DNA of 64,000 bases from Alphaproteobacteria bacterium (GCA_965243135.1 OZ251539.1:2432001-2496000), one strand, 5' to 3'; shown: positions 31,991 through 42,471, numbered from the stretch's first letter. Numbers and translations: made by a program. The notes: generated from the letters alone by a model not told the origin.

Positions 31991-32507
31991 GGTGCCGGAA
32001 CGGCCGCCGCCGTCGCCACGCGGCAGAATTCCTTCTTCATCGGCGGCGCCCGGGCAATGCAGGCGATTTCGCTGGCCGGTGCCGCAGTCGCCGGTTTCGG
32101 GCATCCGGTTTGCCTGTGCCGTGCGAAGCGCACCGAACTCCGTGAAGTCGATTCGCGTTTGTCATGGAGTTCCGGAATCAAGTCGAGCGGCGCCTTCGGG
32201 ACGACTTTGCGCGGTTGCAGGGTTCGCCGACGAACGAGGTCTTCGTTCGTCGCAGAGAGCGTGCGGAGCGTTCGAGATCCTCGGCGCCTGCGGCGAGAGA
32301 CGCGCCGAAGGAGAGCGGAGCGATCAGCATCCGGAGCCTGGCAGGGATTCCTGGCGAACGCGAACTCCCGGCGGGCGCGTCGCCGACAAGCCGTGCGACG
32401 GGGTTCGAAAGATCACGGCGCAGGGCGAGCGGGCCGTCGAGGTCGAGCGTCCAGGCGCACAGGCGGTTGCCGCGGGCGCTTTTCTTGCTGCGTTGCAGCA
32501 TCGCAGC

Positions 32508-32535
32508 TTGACGCGCGCTTTCGAATGGATAGGTT
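32508..32535 (+). promoter_or_regulatory. Possible sigma70 promoter (short or leaderless transcript)
   Basis: TTGACG-N16-TAGGTT, 7-10 nt before GTG/ATG. Confidence 0.3.
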
Positions 32536-32545
32536 GCGTCGCGTG

Positions 32546-33580
32546 ATGCTTGAAGTGCAGTTCTCCGCCGAAGGTCGGGCAGGCCGCATCCACCTCAACA
32601 AACCGGAATCGCTCAATGCGTTGACGGCGAACATGTGCGTGGAAATTCACCGCCGCCTGAAAGCTTGGGAGACGGACGATTCGGTTCGCGTCGTCGTCGT
32701 CACCGCCGAGGGAGCGCGCGCGTTCTGCGCCGGCGGCGACGTTCTCCAGGTCTACCGGACCGGCCTCCAAAGCCCCGCGCGGGCGCGAGAGTTCTTCGTA
32801 AAGGAATACCGGATGGACGCGGCGATCGCCGCGTTTCCCAAGCCCTTCGTCAGCCTCGTCGACGGCATCGTAATGGGCGGCGGGCTGGGCGTTTCCGTCA
32901 ACGGCCGCTACCGGGTCGTCGGCGAACGAGTCGCGGCGGCCATGCCGGAAACCGGAATCGGCCTCCTGCCCGACGTGGGCGCCACCGTCTTTCTCAATGC
33001 GTGCCCGGGACGCCTCGGCCTCTATCTCGGCCTCACGGGCGACCGGATCGGCGCCGCGGACATGCTGTATGCCGGACTCGCGACGCATTTCGTGACCGGC
33101 GACCGCCATGCGGAGCTTATGGCGGCGCTCGCGCGAGATCCAGACCCCGTCGAAGAAATTCTGGCCCGTTTCTCCGGCGACCCCGGCGAATCCCGCCTGG
33201 CGGCGCGGCGGAACGAAATCGACCGGCTGTTCGACGCCGACGACGTCGAAGAAATTCTCGACAGGCTCGAGGGCGAGAATACGGAATTCGCCGCGGCGAC
33301 GGCCGCCGCCTTCCGGCGCATGTCGCCGACCAGCATGAAGATCACGGCGCGGCAGCTCGCCGCCCACGCCGGCCTGTCGGTAAGGGAAGCGCTCGCGCTG
33401 GAATACCGGATGATATGCCACGTGCTGGAACGCCGCGATTTCTACGAAGGCATCCGCGCGGCGTTGGTCGACAAGGACCGCAACCCGCGCTGGAAGCCGG
33501 TCGCGCTGAGAGACGTGACGCCGGCCGAAGTGGACGCCCATTTCGCGACGCTCGGCGAAGCCGAGCTGTCGTTCGACTGA
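32546..33580 (+). CDS. Enoyl-CoA hydratase/isomerase family, 3-hydroxyisobutyryl-CoA hydrolase-like
   Basis: RAFCAGGD, GIVMGGG, MPETGIGLLPDVG, DFYEGIRAALVDKD..PRW. Confidence 0.9.
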   Translation: MLEVQFSAEGRAGRIHLNKPESLNALTANMCVEIHRRLKAWETDDSVRVVVVTAEGARAFCAGGDVLQVYRTGLQSPARAREFFVKEYRMDAAIAAFPKPFVSLVDGIVMGGGLGVSVNGRYRVVGERVAAAMPETGIGLLPDVGATVFLNACPGRLGLYLGLTGDRIGAADMLYAGLATHFVTGDRHAELMAALARDPDPVEEILARFSGDPGESRLAARRNEIDRLFDADDVEEILDRLEGENTEFAAATAAAFRRMSPTSMKITARQLAAHAGLSVREALALEYRMICHVLERRDFYEGIRAALVDKDRNPRWKPVALRDVTPAEVDAHFATLGEAELSFD

Positions 33581-33610
33581 AACCCGCCCACCGAAAGAAG
33601 GACTTCCGTA

Positions 33611-34387
33611 ATGGCCTACGAATACATCCTCGTCGAAACCCGCGGCCGCGCCGGTCTGATCACGCTGAATCGCCCCGAGGCCCTCAACGCCTTGTGCACG
33701 CCGCTGATCGTGGAACTCGGCGAAGCGCTCGACGCCTTCGAAGCCGACGACGGCATCGGCGCCATCGTGCTGACGGGATCCGAGCGGGCGTTCGCCGCCG
33801 GCGCGGACATCAAGGAAATGAAGGACAAGACCTGGCCCGCCGCCTACATGGAAGACTTCATCACCGACGGCTGGGAACGCATCTCGCATTGCCGCAAGCC
33901 CGTCGTCGCCGCGGTCGCCGGGTTCGCCCTCGGCGGAGGCTGCGAGGTGGCCATGATGTGCGATTTCATCATCGCCGCCGACAACGCGAGATTCGGCCAG
34001 CCCGAGATCAATCTTGCCGTTCCTCCCGGCGCCGGCGGCACCCAGCGCCTCACCCGGTTCGTCGGCAAGTCGAAGGCGATGGAGATGTGCCTGACCGGAC
34101 GCTTCATGGACGCGGAAGAAGCCGAGCGCGCGGGCCTCGTCTCGCGGGTCGTGCCGGCGGCCGACTTGCTCGACGAAGCTCTCAAGGCGGCGGAAACCAT
34201 CGCTTCGAAGTCCCTGCCTTGCGCCATGATAATCAAGGAATCCGTCAACCGCGCCTACGAGACGACGCTCGCCGAAGGCATCCGCTTCGAACGGCGAATG
34301 TTCCACGCCGCGTTCGCGACCGCCGACCAGAAGGAAGGCATGGCCGCGTTCGCCGAAAAGCGCAAGCCGGAGTTCAGCCATTCCTGA
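33611..34387 (+). CDS. Enoyl-CoA hydratase
   Basis: [40 protein letters not shown]. Confidence 0.93.
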   Translation: MAYEYILVETRGRAGLITLNRPEALNALCTPLIVELGEALDAFEADDGIGAIVLTGSERAFAAGADIKEMKDKTWPAAYMEDFITDGWERISHCRKPVVAAVAGFALGGGCEVAMMCDFIIAADNARFGQPEINLAVPPGAGGTQRLTRFVGKSKAMEMCLTGRFMDAEEAERAGLVSRVVPAADLLDEALKAAETIASKSLPCAMIIKESVNRAYETTLAEGIRFERRMFHAAFATADQKEGMAAFAEKRKPEFSHS

Positions 34388-34460
34388 AGACTCGGCGGGC
34401 CGGTTGGCCGTCGCGGGCGGAACGGCGTAAACTCGGCCTCGCAATATCCGGAGCGACGCC

Positions 34461-35477
34461 GTGGAGACGGTCGCCTACGCCGCATCGGTAGGGCACTCGG
34501 TCTGGTTCTCCTACGACCTCGGGGAAACGTGGAATCGCGCCCACACCGAAACCGGCGGGATTTACAACGAGTCCCGGTGCTGGTGCGTTTCGACCCACCC
34601 GGCGCGTCCGGGCGCCGCGCTGGCCGGCACCGACCTGGGCGTCTACCGCTGGGACCGCGAAGCGGCCCGCTGGAACCACCTGCCCTCTCCCATGGACGGG
34701 TTGCACATCCTGCAGATCGCGCAGCATCCGGACGACCCCGACTTCGTCGTCGCCGGAACGCGGCCGGCGGCGATCTTCGTGTCCGAAGACGGCTGCCGCT
34801 CCTGGTTCAGGGCGCCGCTGGGCAACGCCTCCGAATGCGAGTTCATCAACACGCCCCGCGTCACCTCCGTCCAGTTCGATCCGCGGCGGCCCGACGCCGT
34901 ATGGGCGACCATCGAGATCGACGCGATCTGGCGATCCCGCGACCGGGGCCGCAGCTGGGAGCGGCTGGGCCGCGGCCTCCGCACCGACGATACGCACAAT
35001 CTCGTCATCGTCGACGACGACGGCCCGCGGCGCGTGCTGTGCTCGACCGAACTCGGACTGCACCGCTCCGACGACGACGGCGAAACCTGGAGTTTCGTGG
35101 ACGTCCCGGAGGCGCCCTGGCCTTATTTCCGCTGCATGGCGCGGCGGCCGGACGACAGCGGAGTCGTCTTCCTTTCGGTCGGCGACCGGCCCTCGGGCGA
35201 AACCGGCCTGCTGCTGCGCAGCCGGGACCGGGGCGAAACCTGGGAGGACGCCGGATTGCCGACTCCGGTGAACTCGACGATCTGGTCGATCGGCGTGAAC
35301 GCCGCCGACCCGATGCTGATCTATTGCTGTACGATCATGGGCCAGATATTCCGTTCCATGGACGGCGGCGAAACGTGGCGCAAGATGGCGCGGGAGCTCG
35401 GCGAGTTGCGCATGATCGCGTGGGCGCCCGGCGCGGCGCGCGCCCCCGGACCCGCCGCAAGGGAGCGAATCCGATGA
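34461..35477 (+). CDS. BNR/Asp-box repeat beta-propeller protein (no signal peptide)
   Basis: Six SxDxGxT/SW Asp-boxes. Confidence 0.8.
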   Translation: METVAYAASVGHSVWFSYDLGETWNRAHTETGGIYNESRCWCVSTHPARPGAALAGTDLGVYRWDREAARWNHLPSPMDGLHILQIAQHPDDPDFVVAGTRPAAIFVSEDGCRSWFRAPLGNASECEFINTPRVTSVQFDPRRPDAVWATIEIDAIWRSRDRGRSWERLGRGLRTDDTHNLVIVDDDGPRRVLCSTELGLHRSDDDGETWSFVDVPEAPWPYFRCMARRPDDSGVVFLSVGDRPSGETGLLLRSRDRGETWEDAGLPTPVNSTIWSIGVNAADPMLIYCCTIMGQIFRSMDGGETWRKMARELGELRMIAWAPGAARAPGPAARERIR

Positions 35478-36154
35478 ACGAATTCCGCATGCCGCAACAG
35501 GTCATCGACCGGGTCATGGAAAAGCGCGGACGCCTGAACGTGTTCGAGTCCTTCGATCCGGCGAAGACCGCCTTTCTCGTCATCGACATGCAGAACTTCT
35601 TCGTCGAAGGCGTCCAGCCCTGCCTCGACATCGTTCCCGCCATCAACCGCCTCGCCGCCGCGCTGCGAGGCGCCGGCGGCCTCGCGGTCTGGGTTTCGCT
35701 GACGGTCGCCGAAACCCCCGGCGGCCCCAGCCTCTGGCCGCTCTACCACGAGCATTTCTTCACAGACCGGAAGATGCAGGCCCACAAGGACGGGCTGACG
35801 CGGGGAAGCGCGGGCCACGCCCTGCATCCCGGCCTGGACGTCCGGGAAGGAGACCTGTTCTGCGAAAAAACCCGCTTCAGCGCGCTCGTGCAGGGATCTT
35901 CCGACCTCCACGAACGCCTCCAGGAACGCGGAATCGAAAACCTTCTCGTCGGCGGAACGCTGACCAACATGTGCTGCGAGTCGACGGCGCGCGACGGAAT
36001 GATGATCGGCTATCGCGCGATCATGGTGGAAGACTGCAACGCCTCCAGAAACCCCGAAGAGCATCTCGCGGGCCTCACCTCGGTCTACCAGAGCTTCGGC
36101 GACGTCAGGTCGGCGGACGACGTCATCCGCAACGTGCTCGCGATCGACGGCTGA
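35474..36154 (+). CDS. Isochorismatase-family cysteine hydrolase (RutB-like)
   Basis: VIDMQNFF, KTRFSA, GTLTNMCCESTARDG; ATGA overlap. Confidence 0.88.
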   Translation: MNEFRMPQQVIDRVMEKRGRLNVFESFDPAKTAFLVIDMQNFFVEGVQPCLDIVPAINRLAAALRGAGGLAVWVSLTVAETPGGPSLWPLYHEHFFTDRKMQAHKDGLTRGSAGHALHPGLDVREGDLFCEKTRFSALVQGSSDLHERLQERGIENLLVGGTLTNMCCESTARDGMMIGYRAIMVEDCNASRNPEEHLAGLTSVYQSFGDVRSADDVIRNVLAIDG

Positions 36155-36320
36155 TGCGCCGGAGCGGAACGACCTGCGTCGTCGGTCGGGGAGGAGCCCC
36201 GAAAGGCTCGCGCTTCCTGCCGTCCGGCGCCGCGCCGCGGACGCCGCTGCCGGCCTCGCCGGGCCGGGAAGGAGGCGTTTTCGTTCCGGCCGGCAAGGGA
36301 ACCGCGGCGGAGGTCGCCCC

Positions 36321-36977
36321 ATGACGACGAACGGCATCGTCGCCCGGCTCGCGAAACTCGACACGCCGGCGGTCTCCGACGCGCTCGACCTGCTCGAGCT
36401 TCCGGGCCGGGTCACCGGGCTCTTGCGCCTTTCCTCCGAAAGGCGCGTCGCCGGCAGGGCGCTGACCGTCAAGCTGGGCGCGAACGCGCCCAGGCAGGGA
36501 CCGCTTCGCCATCTCTGCACGGCGGCGGTCGAGGCCGGCGGCCCGGGAGACGTCATCGTGATCGAGCAGCGGACTGGCATCGAAGCGGCGGGATGGGGCG
36601 GCATTCTTTCCAACGGCGCCAGGCTGCGCGGCATAGAGGGCGTGATCTGCGACGGACCGGTACGGGACGTCGACGAAAGCCGAACGCTCGATTTCCCGGT
36701 ATTCGCGCGGCGGGCGATCCCGACCTCGGCCCGAAAGCGAATCGTCGAGCGTGCGTTCAACGAACCCGTCGCGATCGGCGACGTCACCGTGTCCGCCGGC
36801 GATTTCGCGCTGGCCGACGGGTCGGGCGTATGCTTCCTCGAAGCCGCCCGTGCGGAGGAAATTCTCGACGCCGCGGAGACGATCGCCCGCCGCGAAGCGG
36901 CGATGACGAAAGCGGTCCTGGCGGGCGAGCCGATCGGCCGGGTGATGGGCGCCGATTACGAGAAGATGCTCGACTAA
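36321..36977 (+). CDS. RraA/HMG-aldolase family protein
   Basis: AVSDALD, GDVIVI, WGGIL, DGPVRDVDE, GDFALADGSGV. Confidence 0.88.
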   Translation: MTTNGIVARLAKLDTPAVSDALDLLELPGRVTGLLRLSSERRVAGRALTVKLGANAPRQGPLRHLCTAAVEAGGPGDVIVIEQRTGIEAAGWGGILSNGARLRGIEGVICDGPVRDVDESRTLDFPVFARRAIPTSARKRIVERAFNEPVAIGDVTVSAGDFALADGSGVCFLEAARAEEILDAAETIARREAAMTKAVLAGEPIGRVMGADYEKMLD

Positions 36978-37864
36978 ACCTGCCGGCCCGCTCCGCGGGA
37001 ACGGAGAAGGCCCGCGAAAGCTCCCCGGACGCCGCACCGCAAGAAATCCGCCCTTGCCGGCGCGACCCGCGCCGCGAGCGGGTCGCCCGCCCGGAGAAGC
37101 GCGATCAGGCGGTCGGCCAGCCGCGCGACGACGGCCGCTTCCATGGAAAGACGGGTGCCGCGCAGCCGGAACGGCAACGTTCGCGCGCGGGCCATCAACT
37201 CCTCGCAGCCGTCCAGACATTGATCGATCGCCCCGCGCAACTGCAGCGACGCGGAGTCGCGGCCGAGATCGGAGACGGCGGCGCCCTGCGCCCGCATCCA
37301 GTCGCCCGGCAAATAGACGCGGTCCAGCTCCAGATAGTCGCGCCCGAGATCCTGCAGATGGTTGAGCACCTGCAACGCGTCGCACAGCGGATCGGAATGA
37401 CGGCGCAACGCCGAATCCTCGCCGTGAAGATCGAGCAGGAACCTTCCGACGGGCGAGGCGGACAAGGCGCAGTAGCCCATGAGATCGTCCCAGCTGGCGT
37501 ATCTCGATTTGACCGTGTCCTGCCTGAAGGCGCGAACGAGGTCGAGGGCGTGGCGCACGGGCACGCCCGTCGCTTCCGCGCTTCGCCGATGCGCGAGGGC
37601 CTCCGGGGGGCCGTCCTCGAGCTCGCCGGCGAGCGTCCGTTCGAACAGATCGAGACGGGCGGCCTTTTCGCCGGGATCGAGGTTCGCGTCGTCGGCGACG
37701 TCGTCCGCCGCCCGCGCGAGCGCGTAGAACGCGGCGACGTGCGGTCGCGTCTTCGCCGGCAGCAGAAACGATCCGACCGGAAAATTCTCGTCGGACGCCG
37801 TCTTGCCTTTTCGACGGAGGAAACCGGGCCGTCCGCTCGCCGACTCGCCGCGACCTTCATCCAT
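36974..37864 (-). CDS. hpnC: Squalene/phytoene synthase family, HpnC-like
   Basis: ENFPVGSFL, YALARAADDVAD, AFRQD, YCALSASPVGR, LNHLQD, RVYLP. Confidence 0.8.
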   Translation of the reverse strand: MDEGRGESASGRPGFLRRKGKTASDENFPVGSFLLPAKTRPHVAAFYALARAADDVADDANLDPGEKAARLDLFERTLAGELEDGPPEALAHRRSAEATGVPVRHALDLVRAFRQDTVKSRYASWDDLMGYCALSASPVGRFLLDLHGEDSALRRHSDPLCDALQVLNHLQDLGRDYLELDRVYLPGDWMRAQGAAVSDLGRDSASLQLRGAIDQCLDGCEELMARARTLPFRLRGTRLSMEAAVVARLADRLIALLRAGDPLAARVAPARADFLRCGVRGAFAGLLRSRGAGRQV

Positions 37865-38603
37865 CGGCCACGAGTCCCCAGACGAGCTTGACCTCCATCG
37901 CGCCGATAACGCCGAGAATGACGTAGTTGAAGACGCGGACGCTGATCCGCCGCGCCAAACGCATGCCGAGCGGGGTGAAGATCAGGACGGGAATGACAGC
38001 GAGGGCGCCCTGCATCGCTCTCTCGCCGTCGTACAGCCCGGCCGCGCCGACGGTCAGAAGATGCGTCACGGATACCGAGGCGAAGAGCAGCGAGGTGGCC
38101 AGGACGTAGGTCTCCTTCGCGAAGCCCAAGGCATGCCCCCAGGTGGCGATGAACGGGCCGGAGAATCCCGTCGCGCCCTGACTGATTCCGGCGGCGCAAG
38201 CGATCAAGGGAGACGCGATCCTCGCTCCCCTGCCCTCCGCCCGGATCGTGAGGCCGAACGCCGTGGTCAGGAGAAAGACCGCGATCCATGCCGCGAGAAC
38301 GATGGTCAACGCGCGCCTGTCGATATTGGCGAGCACCCACGTGCCCGCCGCCACGCCGGCCGCGGCGACCGCGAACGGCAACCAGATCCTCGGCACCTGC
38401 CGTATCCGGTCCCGCTGCAGCCAGACGATCAGAATGTTGGCGAACGCGACCGGAATCGTCGCGACCACGATCGCGTGCTCGACGTCGAAGAACGCCGAAA
38501 GGATGGCGATGGCGACCGGCGGAAGGCCGAGCCCGGTCAATCCCTTGGCGAAGGCGCCTGCCGCGAGGGCGGCGCATATGATCGCGACGGCTTCCGGCGT
38601 CAC
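37857..38603 (-). CDS. TauE/SafE-family (TSUP) exporter
   Basis: GAFAKGLTGLG, QGATGFSGP, ~8 hydrophobic segments; GTG start. Confidence 0.85.
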   Translation of the reverse strand: MTPEAVAIICAALAAGAFAKGLTGLGLPPVAIAILSAFFDVEHAIVVATIPVAFANILIVWLQRDRIRQVPRIWLPFAVAAAGVAAGTWVLANIDRRALTIVLAAWIAVFLLTTAFGLTIRAEGRGARIASPLIACAAGISQGATGFSGPFIATWGHALGFAKETYVLATSLLFASVSVTHLLTVGAAGLYDGERAMQGALAVIPVLIFTPLGMRLARRISVRVFNYVILGVIGAMEVKLVWGLVADG

Positions 38604-39343
38604 CGCAGCAGGCCTTCGTAGACGAGCTTGATCTCCATCAGCGCGATCACCGCGACGACGGCGCCGTTGAACGCCTTCAGGCTGACCATGCCCATCGCCT
38701 TCATGCCGAGATGCTGGAACAGGAACAGCGGCGCCAGGGCGAGAAGGCCTTCGAACGTGCGCTGCCACGTGAACATGCCGAAGGACAGCATCGCGGCGAC
38801 CTGCACGAAGTTGAAAAGCCCGAAGACAAGGCCGTTGTAGTAGACGAATCCTTCCTTCCTGAAGCGAAACGCGAGTATCACGGCCGAGAAAAGCGGTCCC
38901 GACACCCCCGTCGCCCCCTGCGCAAATCCGCCGATCAGACCGGCGGCGGGCGGAATCACGCGCCCGGCCGTTCCGGTCAGCCGGAACGGCCGGCTCGCCA
39001 GCAGCACGAGAAACGCGGCGACCACGGCGGCCAACAGCAGGATGATCGTCCGGTTGTCCGCGATTTCGAGAAACCACACGCCGACGACGGTCATGACCAC
39101 GGCGGGAACGATCATGTCGTAGCGCAACGGCACTTCCCGCGCCTGCTTCCGGTTGCTCCAGACCAGCCAGGCGTTGGACACGAGGCCCGGTATCTGCATC
39201 ACCACGATCGCATGCTCGGCGCCGACGAAGGCCGCCATGAACGGGACCGCCACCAGCGGCAGCCCCATGCCGGTCAGGCCCTTTACGAACGCGCCGACCG
39301 CGAGGCCGAAAAGGATGATGCCGAGCGAATGGAAGTCGACCAA
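38600..39343 (-). CDS. TauE/SafE-family (TSUP) exporter, tandem paralog
   Basis: GAFVKGLTGMG, QGATGVSGP. Confidence 0.85.
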   Translation of the reverse strand: MVDFHSLGIILFGLAVGAFVKGLTGMGLPLVAVPFMAAFVGAEHAIVVMQIPGLVSNAWLVWSNRKQAREVPLRYDMIVPAVVMTVVGVWFLEIADNRTIILLLAAVVAAFLVLLASRPFRLTGTAGRVIPPAAGLIGGFAQGATGVSGPLFSAVILAFRFRKEGFVYYNGLVFGLFNFVQVAAMLSFGMFTWQRTFEGLLALAPLFLFQHLGMKAMGMVSLKAFNGAVVAVIALMEIKLVYEGLLR

Positions 39344-39361
39344 CGAAACGGCCGCCCCCGT

Positions 39362-40282
39362 TCAAAGGCCGTCGGCAACCTCGACGCCCTCGGCTTCGAG
39401 CTGCAGGCCGGACGCCGCCGCCTGCAGCGACAGCAGCGCCGCGAAGTCCTGGTCCGCGTATCCGTGACCGATCAGGGACTGGACGATCTCCCGCGCGGCC
39501 GCCGTCACCGGCATGGGAACGCCGCGGTCGCGGGCGGCCGACAGGCCGAGATCGAGATCCTTGAGCAGGAGCTTCGGCGTGAAGGTGACCGAATAGTCGA
39601 GATTCACCAGCGCGGGCGTCTTGTATCTGGAAAACATGGATCCCATGACGCTGTTGTTGAGAAAGTCGAGAAACGCATGCCGCGGCACGCCCGACTTCTC
39701 GGCGAGAGCGGTGATCTCCACCATGTTCTGGATCACGACGCCGAGAAACGCGTTGTGGCAGATCTTGATGAATCGGGCGAGTTCGCCCTCTCCGACCCAG
39801 GACGATCCCCGCCCCATCGCGTCGAGCCAGGGCGCGACCTTGTCGTAGGCCCGGCGAGGCCCGGAAACCACGAAAGCGAGCTTCCCCGCCTTGACGACCT
39901 TGGCGTTGCCGGAAACCGGCGCGGCCAGCATGTCCACGCCCATTCCGGCCGCCGCCTCGCGCACCCGGGCCGACGCTTCCTCGTCGATGGACGTGGAATC
40001 CACGAGAACGCCGGGCTTCGCGTCCCGCGTCAGGACGCCGTTCTCGCCGAGAGTGACCTGCACGAAATCGTCCGGGCCGCCCACCATGGTGAACACGACG
40101 TCCCGGTCGGCCAGGTCGGCGGGGCTATCGACGACCGTCGCGCCGTCGCCGGCCAACGGTTCGGCCTTGGACCGCGTGCGGTTCCATACCGACACGTCGG
40201 CGCCGCCCTGAAGCAGCCGCCGCGCCATGGCGAAACCCATGCGCCCGGTTCCGATCCATCCGATGCTGCATCGTTCCGCCAT
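39362..40282 (-). CDS. NAD(P)-dependent beta-hydroxyacid dehydrogenase (3-hydroxyisobutyrate DH family)
   Basis: GWIGTGRMG, WNRT, APVSG, KICHN, KDLDLGL. Confidence 0.9.
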   Translation of the reverse strand: MAERCSIGWIGTGRMGFAMARRLLQGGADVSVWNRTRSKAEPLAGDGATVVDSPADLADRDVVFTMVGGPDDFVQVTLGENGVLTRDAKPGVLVDSTSIDEEASARVREAAAGMGVDMLAAPVSGNAKVVKAGKLAFVVSGPRRAYDKVAPWLDAMGRGSSWVGEGELARFIKICHNAFLGVVIQNMVEITALAEKSGVPRHAFLDFLNNSVMGSMFSRYKTPALVNLDYSVTFTPKLLLKDLDLGLSAARDRGVPMPVTAAAREIVQSLIGHGYADQDFAALLSLQAAASGLQLEAEGVEVADGL

Positions 40283-40405
40283 CTTCCGAATCCTTCGAGT
40301 TCGAGACCGCTCCGCTTGCGGACGCTCATCGCTTACTGCAACGATGCGCCGATGACAAGAAGCGCCGCGCGCCCGCGGCGCTCCGGAACGCGCCAGGAGA
40401 ACAAG

Positions 40406-41167
40406 ATGCCGGACCTCGCCCTCTACAACTTCCCGCAATCGACCTGCAGCCAGAAGGTGCGCCTCGCGCTTTGGGAAAAGAAGATCCCGTACGAAGACCG
40501 CATCGTCGATCACAGGAGGCGCGAGCAGCTGCAGGACTGGTACCTGAAACTCAATCCCAACGGGGTCGTGCCGACGATAACCCACGGCGCCGCCGTGGTC
40601 GTCGACTCGTCGGTCATCATGGAATATCTCGACGAAGTCTTCCCCGACGTCCCCATGACGCCGCGGGATCCGGTGGAACGGGCCCACATGCGCAAATGGC
40701 TGCGCTACCTCGAGGAAGTGCCGACGCCCGCGATCCGCGTGCCGTCCTTCAACAACTATCTCGCGAAGCGCTACGAAGGAATGTCGGATGACGCCTACAG
40801 GCGGATGGCCGACAGCCATCCGGTGCGCAAGCACTTCTACAGGCGCCTCAACAAGACCGCCTTCGGTCCCGAGGAGACCGACGAAGCGACGGACCGGCTC
40901 GATTCGGCGGCGCAGCGGTTCGACGCCGCGCTCGCCGCCCACGGCGGAGACTGGATCATGGGAGACGGGATCACGATCGCCGATGCGGCCTATCTGCCGA
41001 CCGTCGACCGCATGTACGACCTCGGCCTCGGAGGGCTCGTCGACCGCCGGCCCGCGCTGGCCGCATGGTACCGGCGTTACCGGGCGCGCGAAGCGTTCCG
41101 GAGAACCTTCTACGACGGCACCCGGCTGTCGGAGATCTTCGGCGCGCCGTCCGCGCCCGGCTCGTGA
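40406..41167 (+). CDS. Glutathione S-transferase family protein
   Basis: STCSQKVR, LNPNGVVPT, DSSVIMEYLDE, ITIAD; AGGAG RBS. Confidence 0.9.
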   Translation: MPDLALYNFPQSTCSQKVRLALWEKKIPYEDRIVDHRRREQLQDWYLKLNPNGVVPTITHGAAVVVDSSVIMEYLDEVFPDVPMTPRDPVERAHMRKWLRYLEEVPTPAIRVPSFNNYLAKRYEGMSDDAYRRMADSHPVRKHFYRRLNKTAFGPEETDEATDRLDSAAQRFDAALAAHGGDWIMGDGITIADAAYLPTVDRMYDLGLGGLVDRRPALAAWYRRYRAREAFRRTFYDGTRLSEIFGAPSAPGS

Positions 41168-41181
41168 TCCGGCCCGCGCGT

Positions 41182-42171
41182 TCAGCCTTCGCCGACCTCT
41201 TCGAACAGTTCCTCCACCGGAAAGGTCTCGGCAATGAAGCCCTGCTGGCGCAGGTATTTGACGAAGGCCTCGAGAGTCGGGCGATTCTTCTCGACCCCGT
41301 AAGGCCAGGGATCGCCGCCGAACAGCTCGTCGATTTCGCGCAGGTCGTCGAACAGCCACGGCAGCATGTAACGCTGGGCCCCGGAAAAGCGCATCCGCTC
41401 CGCCGCCCAGTCCCTGGCGGCGACGAAACCCTTGAACAGGCTCCGCGCGATCCACCGATGCCTGCGAAACAGTTCGCGGCGGATGACGACGAGGTGCATG
41501 ATGGGATGGATGCGGGTTTCGGCGTAATACCGCTTCTCCTCGCCGCGGAAATCCGGCCAGAGATGCGCGACCCTGTCGGGACGCTCGCGCGCCGAATCGG
41601 GCATCCGCGACCCGAGCGTCGCGTCGATTTCGCCGTCCGCCAGCATGTCCGACAGCGACTTGCCGGACAGGTTCGGCGCTACGTCGACGGGACGCAGCAG
41701 CTTCGGAGGCGACGGCGGATTGCCGTGGCCGCCGGGCTTTTCCATGGCGCCCTGGAGCCAGCGGACGCCCGACAGATCGACGCCGTAATGATTTTCCAGA
41801 TCGCCGCGTATCCACACGGCGGCCGACTGCGTGTAGAGCGGCGTGCCGATGCGCCGGCCAACGAGGTCTCCCGGTTCGCGGATGCCGGCGCCGCGGTTGA
41901 CGCAGACGAACGCATGGCGAAACGCCCGCGACGGAAACACGGGAATGGCGACGAACGGGCAGTCCCCCCTCGCCTTCATCGCGACGTATTCCGCGATCGA
42001 CATTTCGGACAGATCGAATTCCTGCCCGCCGACCATGCGATCGAAGATTTCGCGCGGCGCCTGTATCTCGAGGAAGTTGAGATCGATTCCCTCGACGTCC
42101 ACGATGCCGTACTTGAGGGCTTCCATGCGGTCGTACGGACCGCAGGCGAAGGTCAGCTGCAGTTTCGACAT
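41182..42171 (-). CDS. 4,5-dihydroxyphthalate decarboxylase-like protein (paralog of 8286-9281)
   Basis: LTFACGPYDR, EFDLSEMS, IPVFPSRAFRH, IHPIMH, DPWPYG. Confidence 0.75.
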   Translation of the reverse strand: MSKLQLTFACGPYDRMEALKYGIVDVEGIDLNFLEIQAPREIFDRMVGGQEFDLSEMSIAEYVAMKARGDCPFVAIPVFPSRAFRHAFVCVNRGAGIREPGDLVGRRIGTPLYTQSAAVWIRGDLENHYGVDLSGVRWLQGAMEKPGGHGNPPSPPKLLRPVDVAPNLSGKSLSDMLADGEIDATLGSRMPDSARERPDRVAHLWPDFRGEEKRYYAETRIHPIMHLVVIRRELFRRHRWIARSLFKGFVAARDWAAERMRFSGAQRYMLPWLFDDLREIDELFGGDPWPYGVEKNRPTLEAFVKYLRQQGFIAETFPVEELFEEVGEG

Positions 42172-42471
42172 CGTTTCCCCGCTCCCGGTCGCCCGCCCGC
42201 CTGCGCTTTACGGCGAGCCGGGGTTCGTTCCGGCCTCGCGCGTTCCCAAAGGTTCGGCGTCGTCCGCCAGCGCCGCGCGATCGGGCGTTCGCGCCGCCGC
42301 GAGTTGCACATGCTTCCAAACAGTCCGCATTCAGGGTTCTCCGGCCGGTGCCTGCAGTATAGCATTGCCGACGCGGCCCTGCCCGGCTGTCCGCCGGCCG
42401 ATCCAGGCCGCGACGCCGCTCGGCCCCGGCGCGGGGCGAGCGCAGCGCAACGCGAACGACGCGCCGGGCAG

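Larger units (their letters stand above)
24587..32000. mobile_element. Eroded genomic island (TA/defence cargo; no integrase seen)
   Basis: Begins at the broken tRNA; dense in TA genes and fragments typical of mobile elements; right border approximate. Confidence 0.6.
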
